Shown piece by piece: positions 1 through 6,780 of a stretch of DNA of 35,011 nucleotides. Origin of the DNA: Chloroflexota bacterium (GTDB lineage: Bacteria > Bacteroidota > Bacteroidia > Bacteroidales > VadinHA17); NCBI GenBank assembly GCA_050259395.1, contig JBLNAO010000124.1:1-35011 (forward strand), in the 5' to 3' direction. Made by a program: the position numbers and the translations under genes. The stretch's first letter is position 1, and each line of letters starts with the position of its first letter. The notes under the pieces are model-generated. The model was not told the DNA's origin, did not search any database, and saw only the letters and a list, made by a program, of their open reading frames with translations.

Positions 1-705
1 TCAGATGTCGCCCTTGTCGGCGGGGGTACAAATCCTCAGCCTGGTGAGATATCACTCGGACATAACGGCGTTCTGTTCCTCGACGAGCTTCCGGAATTCA
101 AGCGCTCGGTGCTTGAAGTGATGAGGCAGCCCCTTGAAGACAGGATAATTACAATCTCAAGAGCCAAATCAACTGTCGATTACCCGGCGTCGTTCATGCT
201 GGTGGCAAGCATGAATCCATGTCCCTGCGGATTTCATAATCATCCCGAAAAGGAGTGCATGTGCTCAACAGGTATGGTTCAGAAATATCTCAACAGGATT
301 TCGGGACCGCTTCTTGATCGCATAGACATTCACATCGAAGTGGTGCCTGTGAATTATGACAAGCTTTCCGATAAAGGAAATGTGGAACGATCTGCTGTTG
401 TCAGGGAAAGGGTTATAAAAGCACGGGCGATCCAGGCAAAAAGGTTTGAGGCTTTCAAGGGAGTATATTGCAATGCACAGATGTCCTCATCGATGCAGAG
501 AAGATTCTGCCAGCTCGACGATGGTGGCGGCAAGCTGCTTAAGACGGCGATGGAGCTGAGGGGCTTGTCAGCCAGGGCTTACGACAGGATCCTTAAAGTT
601 GCACGCACTATTGCCGACCTTGCAGGAGCTGACCACATCGGGGCTGAACATATCTCAGAAGCAATCAACTACAGGAATCTCGACCGTGATGGATGGGCTG
701 GGTAA
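1..705 (+). CDS. comM: YifB/ComM-family Mg-chelatase-like AAA+ ATPase, C-terminal part (5' end outside window)
   Basis: Frame 1 is open from nt 1 (SDVALVGGGTNPQPGEISLGHNGVLFLDELPEF...), upstream of the GTG at 109 used by the ORF track. It has a Walker-B-like VLFLDE, the family-typical MNPCPCG insertion and a C-terminal ARAYDRILKVARTIADL region. Stop TAA is at 703-705. Confidence 0.9.
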   Translation, partial: SDVALVGGGTNPQPGEISLGHNGVLFLDELPEFKRSVLEVMRQPLEDRIITISRAKSTVDYPASFMLVASMNPCPCGFHNHPEKECMCSTGMVQKYLNRISGPLLDRIDIHIEVVPVNYDKLSDKGNVERSAVVRERVIKARAIQAKRFEAFKGVYCNAQMSSSMQRRFCQLDDGGGKLLKTAMELRGLSARAYDRILKVARTIADLAGADHIGAEHISEAINYRNLDRDGWAG

Positions 706-743
706 AACTGTCTTTTTGTAAATGCCGGTTAAATAGAAATTAT

Positions 744-751
744 TAAATTTG
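744..751 (+). promoter_or_regulatory. Bacteroidota-type -7 promoter box (TAAATTTG, matches TAnnTTTG)
   Basis: TAAATTTG lies 35 nt before ATG 786, with a TTTG at 715-718 upstream. This position favours ATG 786 over ATG 765 as the start of the next gene. It is a motif match only. Confidence 0.3.
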
Positions 752-785
752 ATTAACCTGAAAAATGTTAATCAACAGTAAAGCT

Positions 786-1976
786 ATGAGTAAAATTTCC
801 CTGCTTGGCACAGGCCTTATAGGCACATTTTATGCAATGTCGCTGGTTAACCAGAGAAAAAAGGATTTTATTGTAAACGTCTGTTCGGGACACGAAAACA
901 CTGCCCGGGATTTTGCGAAAAAATTCAATATTCCCCGGTATACAACAAATATTAAGGAGGCAATAGGAGATCCCGAAGCGGAAGTTGTCGTGATCGGCCT
1001 TCCGAACCATCTTCACAGGGAGGCTATCTTTGAATGCTGCAGGGCGAAAAAGCATGTGCTCTGCACCAAACCTCTTGCTGTTGACGGGAAGGAGGCAAAG
1101 GAAATGCTCGATGCGGTCGAGAAAGCAGGTATATTCCATGGCTATCTCGAAGATCTTGCATATACACCGAAAACGCTCAAATCGGTTGAGATGATAAAAA
1201 AAGGATCGCTGGGGAGAATACTCTGGACCAGATCACGCGAAGCTCATCCCGGACCGCACAGCGCCTGGTTCTGGGACAAGAAACAATCTGGCGGCGGCGC
1301 CCTGGTTGATCTTGGCTGCCATTGCATCGAGATAGGAAGGAATTTCATAGGCAAGGATATCAGGCCTGTTGAGGTGATGTGCTGGGCGGCCACACAGGTA
1401 AAGCCGATCGAAGCAGAAGATCATGCAATAGCCCTTATAAAATATGCAAGCGGAGCAATCTCTCAGGTGGAAGTGAGCTGGAACTTCAGGGGAGGAATGG
1501 ACCTCAGGGATGAGGTGTCGGGAACTGAAGGGACTATAAGGCTCGACCACTGGCTTAGAACCGGATTCGAAGTATTTACATCGGGGAAAACAGGCGATTA
1601 CGTTTCAGAGAAGAGCGAAAGCGAAACAGGATGGCTCTTCCCGGTGGGAGATGAAGTGAATGCCCTCGGCTACACGGACATGTTTGCTGATATGCTCGAT
1701 AGCATTGAAGGCGGCAAGACTCCTTATGAATCATTTTATGACGGTTATATCGTAAACTCAATCATCGACGCATGTTATAAATCTGCGGTAAGCCGGAAAT
1801 GGGAACCTGTGATTATTGATGACTGGAGAGGGAAAGAAGAATCCGGAACAGGTGTGGAACTTGTTGATTACGACCAGGATCATATACTGATCAAGAAGGA
1901 GAAGATGCCCGATGGCAGGGTAAAAGTCATGCTCAAAGAAAAAGCCTCCGGAAAAATTATCCAGAAGATTGTCTAA
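786..1976 (+). CDS. Gfo/Idh/MocA-family NAD(P)-dependent oxidoreductase
   Basis: N-terminal Rossmann motif ISLLGTGLIGTFY, then VVIGLPNHLHREA...VLCTKPLA (the family EKP-like region) and the C-terminal alpha/beta domain. The ORF opens at ATG 765, but ATG 786 (MSKISLLGTG) fits family N-termini and the upstream -7 box better. Confidence 0.85.
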   Translation: MSKISLLGTGLIGTFYAMSLVNQRKKDFIVNVCSGHENTARDFAKKFNIPRYTTNIKEAIGDPEAEVVVIGLPNHLHREAIFECCRAKKHVLCTKPLAVDGKEAKEMLDAVEKAGIFHGYLEDLAYTPKTLKSVEMIKKGSLGRILWTRSREAHPGPHSAWFWDKKQSGGGALVDLGCHCIEIGRNFIGKDIRPVEVMCWAATQVKPIEAEDHAIALIKYASGAISQVEVSWNFRGGMDLRDEVSGTEGTIRLDHWLRTGFEVFTSGKTGDYVSEKSESETGWLFPVGDEVNALGYTDMFADMLDSIEGGKTPYESFYDGYIVNSIIDACYKSAVSRKWEPVIIDDWRGKEESGTGVELVDYDQDHILIKKEKMPDGRVKVMLKEKASGKIIQKIV

Positions 1977-2018
1977 TAATTTCTCTCTCAGGCGGTTCAG
2001 GAGCCTTTGCAGATAATG

Positions 2019-2126
2019 TGTTGCAAAATTCAACAAGTGTTGAAAAAATCAACAACCGACTGCAAGGCTAAGATTTTCAAGGCCTAACACGTTGTTAAAT
2101 TCATCAACGTGTTGAAAAAATCAACA
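2019..2126. promoter_or_regulatory. Two pairs of dyad-symmetric sites (putative enhancer/UAS for the operon-encoded sigma-54 activator)
   Basis: An exact 18-nt repeat GTGTTGAAAAAATCAACA occurs at 2037-2054 and 2109-2126 (dyad TGTTGA-N5-TCAACA). Each copy is preceded by a degenerate dyad: TGTTGCAAAATTCAACA at 2019-2035 and ACGTTG-N10-CAACGT at 2089-2110. Confidence 0.45.
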
Positions 2127-2191
2127 CAATCTTATTCAGGCTAATTTTAACTGGCTTTGCAATAAGCTGTAGATCAAATAGATATACGGAT

Positions 2192-2206
2192 TGGCATCAT
2201 TGTTGA
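2192..2206 (+). promoter_or_regulatory. Possible sigma-54 (-24/-12) promoter TGGCAT-N5-TTGA
   Basis: TGGCATcattgTTGA compared with consensus TGGCAC-N5-TTGC. The GG is conserved, but the -12 element reads GA rather than GC. It ends 43 nt before ATG 2249 and sits about 65 bp downstream of the last palindrome. Confidence 0.3.
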
Positions 2207-2248
2207 ATATGGGTGTGCAAAGAATAAGGAAAATAATACCCAGCAACA

Positions 2249-3931
2249 ATGAAGAGAATACTTTACATCTTAATCGCTTTCACACTCCTTTCGAGAAGTG
2301 TTTCCGCCATGAATGTGGCCAGGGAAATGCCAGGGCCTGATTCGCTATTGCTCCTTAGCACTCCCGAACTTAAAAACCTTGTCACGAAATGGTCGGATGG
2401 ATATAAAACAGCTGCTCCGGGGAAGTTGATCTCAGTTAAACAGGTTTCATCAATCCCTGCAGTGCATAGTGGAAAGCAGGGGCAGATTGGTTTCCTGCAG
2501 GACAAAGATATCCGGTCAATGTCCGACGCCTGGGGGACCAGGATAGTTGTCGCAAGAAACGTTGTTGTTCCGGTTGTAAATGCATCGAATCCCTTCCTTG
2601 AAGATCTCAGGAGCAAAGGCATCACTCCCGGAAAAATAAAATTGCTGATTGAAGATCAACCCGCATGGGGTGACATTCTCAGCGGGGCCCAGGACAGACC
2701 CGTAAAATTTCATTACCTGAACGATCCGCTTGTTCTGTCAGCAATGACAGAATTCACATCATCCGACCGGAACAAAATGGGCGGCACGCAACATTCTGCG
2801 GCAGACCAGCTGTTAAGCTCATTGTCAGCTGACATTTATTCTGTCGGATTCTGCAGGCTTGAAGACATTAAGGAAGGCAATCTCCTTTCCGGTAAAATTG
2901 CAATCCTGCCTATTGACCGCAACGGCAATGGTACAATGGATTCAAATGAAGATATTTACAGTGATCTGACTGCGTTCACCAGGGGGGTATGGATAGGAAA
3001 ATACCCAAAAGCATTGTATGCAAATATATACTCCGTTACATCTTCCCCCTTTAATGAGGATGTGAAAGATTTTCTCAACTGGCTTATCACAGATGGACAA
3101 AATGTTCTTCAGTCGGAAAGCTATACCGGGCTGATACTGACGGAGCGGATCTCAGTAGCCGGCAGGATTGCCGAGGCAGCTGTTCCTGTTGCAAATTCAT
3201 TAAGTCAGCCTAACATCTTTAAAACTCTTTTGATTGTGCTTGTACTGCTTGCTTCAGGAATTCTGGTCATCCACTTTGTTCTGAACTCACTGAAAAGGAA
3301 GCCTGTCGAGAATGTTGCAGGCTCTGAAGGATCTGTGCTCGATGAGAAGTCAATACTTCTTCCAAAAGGTGTCTATTTCGACAAGACGCATACGTGGGCA
3401 TTCATGGAGCAGGACGGCATTGTAAAAGTCGGTGTCGATGATTTCCTCTTACACATGACAGGTCAGGTGAACCGTTTGAAGTTGAAAAAACCGGGTTCCA
3501 AGGTTAAGAGAGGCGAGGAGATACTATCAGTTCTCCACAACGGGAAACAGCTTAATCTGTATTCGCCGGTTTCAGGCATAATCAGGGAAAATAATGCTGA
3601 ACTGGAATCGAATGTATTTCTTCTTAACTCATCTCCCTACAGCAACGGATGGGTTTACCGTGTCGAACCGGAAAACTGGCAGAGGGAAAATCAGCTGCTG
3701 TTTATGGCTGATAAGCACAGGGAATTTGTTACGAATGAAATAGCCAGGATCAAAGACTTCCTTGCAGGCTTGTTCCGGGATGAAAACATGCAGTATGCGC
3801 CGGTGGTGCTTCAGGACGGAGGAATGCTTCGCGATGGCGTTCTGTCGGAAATGGAACCGGAAGTATGGGAAGAATTCCAGTCAAAAATTATCGATCCTTC
3901 GAGAACAGTGTGGTTCTATGAAATAATCTGA
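2249..3931 (+). CDS. Membrane fusion protein: signal peptide, PstS-like (PBP-like 2) periplasmic binding domain, one TM helix, then a GcvH-like domain with a C-terminal VLQDGG extension
   Basis: Signal peptide MKRILYILIAFTLLSRSVSA. Residues ~40-300 look like a PstS-type binding domain (GKYPKALYANIYSV region). TM helix IFKTLLIVLVLLASGILVIHFVL (nt 3215-3283) is followed by LKRK. Residues 373-474 (nt 3365-3670) read KGVYFDKTHTWAF..VKVGVDDFLLHMTGQV..L..PGSKVKRGEEILSVLHNGKQLNLYSPVSG...SSPYSNGWVYRVEP, the glycine-cleavage H-protein pattern. Confidence 0.8.
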   Translation: MKRILYILIAFTLLSRSVSAMNVAREMPGPDSLLLLSTPELKNLVTKWSDGYKTAAPGKLISVKQVSSIPAVHSGKQGQIGFLQDKDIRSMSDAWGTRIVVARNVVVPVVNASNPFLEDLRSKGITPGKIKLLIEDQPAWGDILSGAQDRPVKFHYLNDPLVLSAMTEFTSSDRNKMGGTQHSAADQLLSSLSADIYSVGFCRLEDIKEGNLLSGKIAILPIDRNGNGTMDSNEDIYSDLTAFTRGVWIGKYPKALYANIYSVTSSPFNEDVKDFLNWLITDGQNVLQSESYTGLILTERISVAGRIAEAAVPVANSLSQPNIFKTLLIVLVLLASGILVIHFVLNSLKRKPVENVAGSEGSVLDEKSILLPKGVYFDKTHTWAFMEQDGIVKVGVDDFLLHMTGQVNRLKLKKPGSKVKRGEEILSVLHNGKQLNLYSPVSGIIRENNAELESNVFLLNSSPYSNGWVYRVEPENWQRENQLLFMADKHREFVTNEIARIKDFLAGLFRDENMQYAPVVLQDGGMLRDGVLSEMEPEVWEEFQSKIIDPSRTVWFYEII

Positions 3932-3950
3932 AAATCTAACCTTTTATATT

Positions 3951-4814
3951 ATGGATCTTAGCAGAAAGAACTTTTTAAAAGTCCTTGGTGCCACCGGCAT
4001 GCTCTTCGCAGCCGGCAAGAAGGCAGATGCGGCTCCGGCTGCAAAGGATAAAACAGAATTCAACGCAATCCTTTACGATTCAACAAGGTGCGGTGGCTGT
4101 CAGACTTGCGAATATTCCTGTGCCGAAGCAAACGGGTTACCCGATCCGACAGAGGAGGTGAAGGCAGGCGTTATCAGGAATACCGACGAACACCGCAGGA
4201 CTGTGGTGAACGCTTTTGCTCTTCCTTCAGGCGAAGCATACCTGAAAAAGCAATGCATGCATTGCAATGAACCAGCATGTGCTTCAGCCTGCCTTACACA
4301 GGCGATGTACAAGACCAAGGAAGGACCGGTAATCTGGCGGGAAGATAAATGCATGGGCTGCAGATACTGCATGGTCTCCTGTCCCTTCGACATCCCGAAA
4401 TTCGAATATAACAGCCCGAACCCCAAAATTGTCAAGTGCACAATGTGCTACGACAGGATGACGGCGGACCAGAAGCCTGCCTGTGTTGAGAACTGTCCTG
4501 CCGAGGCGCTTGTTTTCGGCACACGCAGGGAACTTATTACCGAAGCAAAGAAGAGAATTGTCGAAAACCCGGGTCAATACTATGATCATATTTATGGCGA
4601 GCACGAAGCCGGAGGGACAAGCTTCCTGTACCTCTCAGCGGTGCCTTTTTCAGACCTTGGCCTTAAGCAGGTGCAGAGCAGTTCCTACCCTTCTCTTTCA
4701 AAAGGTTTTCTCTACAGCGTTCCTGCTGTGTTCGTGCTATGGCCTGCCATGCTGCTCGGATTGCGCGAAGCCACAAAAAACAACAACTTAAATAAACACG
4801 ACGATGAACAATGA
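3951..4814 (+). CDS. Tat-type exported 4x[4Fe-4S] ferredoxin-like subunit (NrfC/HybA/DsrO/PsrB family) with a C-terminal membrane anchor
   Basis: Signal MDLSRKNFLKVLGATGMLFAAGKKADA, with SRKNFLK as an R-K variant of S-R-R-x-F-L-K. Four Cys clusters are present: CGGCQTCEYSC, CMHCNEPACASAC, CMGCRYCMVSCP and CTMCYDRMTADQKPACVENCP. C-terminal hydrophobic helix FLYSVPAVFVLWPAMLLGL. Confidence 0.9.
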   Translation: MDLSRKNFLKVLGATGMLFAAGKKADAAPAAKDKTEFNAILYDSTRCGGCQTCEYSCAEANGLPDPTEEVKAGVIRNTDEHRRTVVNAFALPSGEAYLKKQCMHCNEPACASACLTQAMYKTKEGPVIWREDKCMGCRYCMVSCPFDIPKFEYNSPNPKIVKCTMCYDRMTADQKPACVENCPAEALVFGTRRELITEAKKRIVENPGQYYDHIYGEHEAGGTSFLYLSAVPFSDLGLKQVQSSSYPSLSKGFLYSVPAVFVLWPAMLLGLREATKNNNLNKHDDEQ

Positions 4815-6033
4815 ATTGACTGTTGCTCCTGACAGCCATAGGCGGGTCTTGAGATTTCTTCTTTCAGAATTGAAACCAAAAGGAAAGTTATTGACTCCTT
4901 TCAATATAATTTCTCTCCCAATAATGCTCGCAGGTCTTGTGATTATCGTGATCCGTTTCTGGAAAGGCCTGGGTTCGGTGACAAATCTTACCCAGGATGT
5001 GCCCTGGGGATTATGGATCGGGTTCGATGTGGTGACCGGGGTCGCTTTTGCAGGCGGCGCATACGTAATAACATTCATGGTTTACATACTGAACATGCAT
5101 CAGTACCACTCAATCGTCAGGGTAACTGTACTCAATGGTTTTCTGGCCTACGTGTTTTATGCAGGGGCTCTTTTACTTGATCTTGGCCGGCCATGGAATG
5201 TAATTAACCCGATTATCGGGAATAGTTTCGGAACAAGCTCCGTTCTTTTCCTCGTGGCCTGGCACTTCCTTCTTTACATGCTCGCACAGCTAATAGAGTT
5301 TTCTCCTGCAATTGCTGAATGGCTTGGCGCAAGGAGAATCCGAAAGGTTCTGACTGGCATGACCGTGGCTGCCGTAATATTCGGTATAACCCTTTCAACT
5401 CTTCATCAATCGGGCCTTGGCGCACTTTACCTGATGGCGAAGGACAAGATTCACCCACTGTGGTATTCCGAGTTTATACCTATACTTTTCTTTGTCTCCA
5501 GCATATTCGCGGGCCTTTCGATGGTAATTTTTGAAGGCTCAATCAGTATGAAAGTGTTTTCAGATCAGGTTTCCGAGAAGGATCATAAGTCACATGATGG
5601 TATTCTGCGCGGACTTTCCAGGATTTGCGCTGTTACGATGTTTGCTTATTTCTTCCTGAAGGTGCTTGTGTTTGTCCACGGCAAACACTGGGATCTTCTC
5701 GGCACTCCCATGGGAAACTGGTATCTTGTTGAGATGCTTGGCTTTGTTCTTTTCCCGATGGTACTTTTCTTTTATTGTTACAAAAACAACAATACAACGG
5801 TAGTGAAGATTGCCGCAATGATCACAATGATCGGTATAATAATCAACAGGCTCAATGTCACAGTGATAGGGTTCAGGTGGGATGCAGCAATAAGGTATGT
5901 GCCCACCTGGATGGAGATAGTTGTTACACTCGCAGTAATTTTCACTGAAATCTGGATTTTCAGGTGGATCGTAAACAGGATGCCTGTTATGAGGGAATCG
6001 CCGGAATGGTCAACGGACAAAATTGAAGCATAA
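4804..6033 (+). CDS. NrfD/HybB/DsrP-family polytopic membrane (quinone-interacting) subunit
   Basis: The ATG overlaps the upstream stop by 11 nt. The protein is 409 aa with about 10 hydrophobic helices. The N-terminal region IRFWKGLGSVTNLTQDVPWGLWIGFDVVTGVAFAGGAY matches the PWGLWI region typical of HybB/NrfD-type subunits. It is the obligatory partner-type gene next to an NrfC-like FeS protein. Confidence 0.85.
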   Translation: MNNELTVAPDSHRRVLRFLLSELKPKGKLLTPFNIISLPIMLAGLVIIVIRFWKGLGSVTNLTQDVPWGLWIGFDVVTGVAFAGGAYVITFMVYILNMHQYHSIVRVTVLNGFLAYVFYAGALLLDLGRPWNVINPIIGNSFGTSSVLFLVAWHFLLYMLAQLIEFSPAIAEWLGARRIRKVLTGMTVAAVIFGITLSTLHQSGLGALYLMAKDKIHPLWYSEFIPILFFVSSIFAGLSMVIFEGSISMKVFSDQVSEKDHKSHDGILRGLSRICAVTMFAYFFLKVLVFVHGKHWDLLGTPMGNWYLVEMLGFVLFPMVLFFYCYKNNNTTVVKIAAMITMIGIIINRLNVTVIGFRWDAAIRYVPTWMEIVVTLAVIFTEIWIFRWIVNRMPVMRESPEWSTDKIEA

Positions 6034-6052
6034 TAATTTAATAATTATAAAA

Positions 6053-6763
6053 ATGGACGGATTCATCTATACAAACATATTCGACACTAAAGGCATCGAG
6101 TACCTGATAATCATTGCATTCCTGATCCTCATCATCCCTTTCTGGTATATCCTGAACGGGAAAAAAACTGCTCATGTTACGGTGCCCGGTCATCTTCAAC
6201 ATTTTGGGGCGAAAGTGCCAATGGGAATTTTTTTCAGCAGGAATCATACCTGGGCATGGCTCGAGACAAGCGGTCTCGCAAGAACAGGAATTGATGACTT
6301 CATATTGAGGGTAACTGGTAAACTAAATTTGAAAATTCTTTGCATTGAAGGCGATATCGTGAAAAAAGGAGATCTTATTGCAGAGGCAACGCGGGACGGT
6401 AAGAAGCTCCGGATATTATCACCTGTTTCAGGAAAGATCTCCGGCATCAATAAAAGCCTTGACACTGAGATACTGGCAACGGATCCTTATGGAGAAGGCT
6501 GGATATACAGAATGGAGCCTTCAGCCTGGAAAGCCGAAACTCAGTCTTTCATGCTTGCCGGCGAAGCCAGGTCCTGGCTGAACAAGGAGCTTGAAAGATT
6601 CAGGGACATGGTTGCAGGATTGATTTCAGGAGTTCCGGGAGCCGAGGCGACTGTGCTCCAGGACGGCGGTGAGATCGCCGGCCATCCGCTTGCTGAGCTG
6701 AATAAAGAAGCATGGGCTGTTTTTGAGAAATCTTTCCTAACTTTAGAGGCAGGTAATGATTAA
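6053..6763 (+). CDS. Membrane-tethered GcvH-like protein (paralog of the C-terminal half of 2249-3931)
   Basis: The ORF opens at TTG 6023, overlapping the NrfD-like stop, and the first ATG is 6053 (MDGFIYTNIF). TM helix YLIIIAFLILIIPFWYIL is followed by NGKK. The GcvH-like domain spans nt 6221-6520: FFSRNHTWAWL..ARTGIDDFILRVTGK...EGDIVKKGDLIAEATRDGKKLRILSPVSG...TDPYGEGWIYRMEP. The C-terminal extension shares the VLQDGG motif with the first protein. Confidence 0.8.
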   Translation: MDGFIYTNIFDTKGIEYLIIIAFLILIIPFWYILNGKKTAHVTVPGHLQHFGAKVPMGIFFSRNHTWAWLETSGLARTGIDDFILRVTGKLNLKILCIEGDIVKKGDLIAEATRDGKKLRILSPVSGKISGINKSLDTEILATDPYGEGWIYRMEPSAWKAETQSFMLAGEARSWLNKELERFRDMVAGLISGVPGAEATVLQDGGEIAGHPLAELNKEAWAVFEKSFLTLEAGND

Positions 6764-6780
6764 ATCATGAAGCTCAAAAA

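Noticed and set aside
2151-2160. CTGGCTTTGC as an alternative sigma-54 promoter.
   Set aside because: The GG and GC elements are only about 6 nt apart instead of the roughly 11-12 nt required for -24/-12 promoters.
3951-6033. Annotating the FeS/membrane pair as nitrite reductase NrfCD, hydrogenase HybAB, polysulfide reductase PsrBC or alternative complex III.
   Set aside because: No NrfA/NrfH, hydrogenase large or small subunits, molybdopterin subunit or ActA/ActB-type genes are present in the operon or elsewhere in the window. Only the generic family assignment is justified.
6023-6052. TTG start for the second GcvH-like gene, overlapping the NrfD-like stop. Likewise ATG 765 versus 786, ATG 21557 versus 21614, and TTG 32406 versus ATG 32391.
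   Set aside because: The downstream ATGs give N-termini that match family expectations or lipoprotein signals. They also avoid long overlaps. The extensions cannot be excluded without proteomic or ribosome-profiling data.
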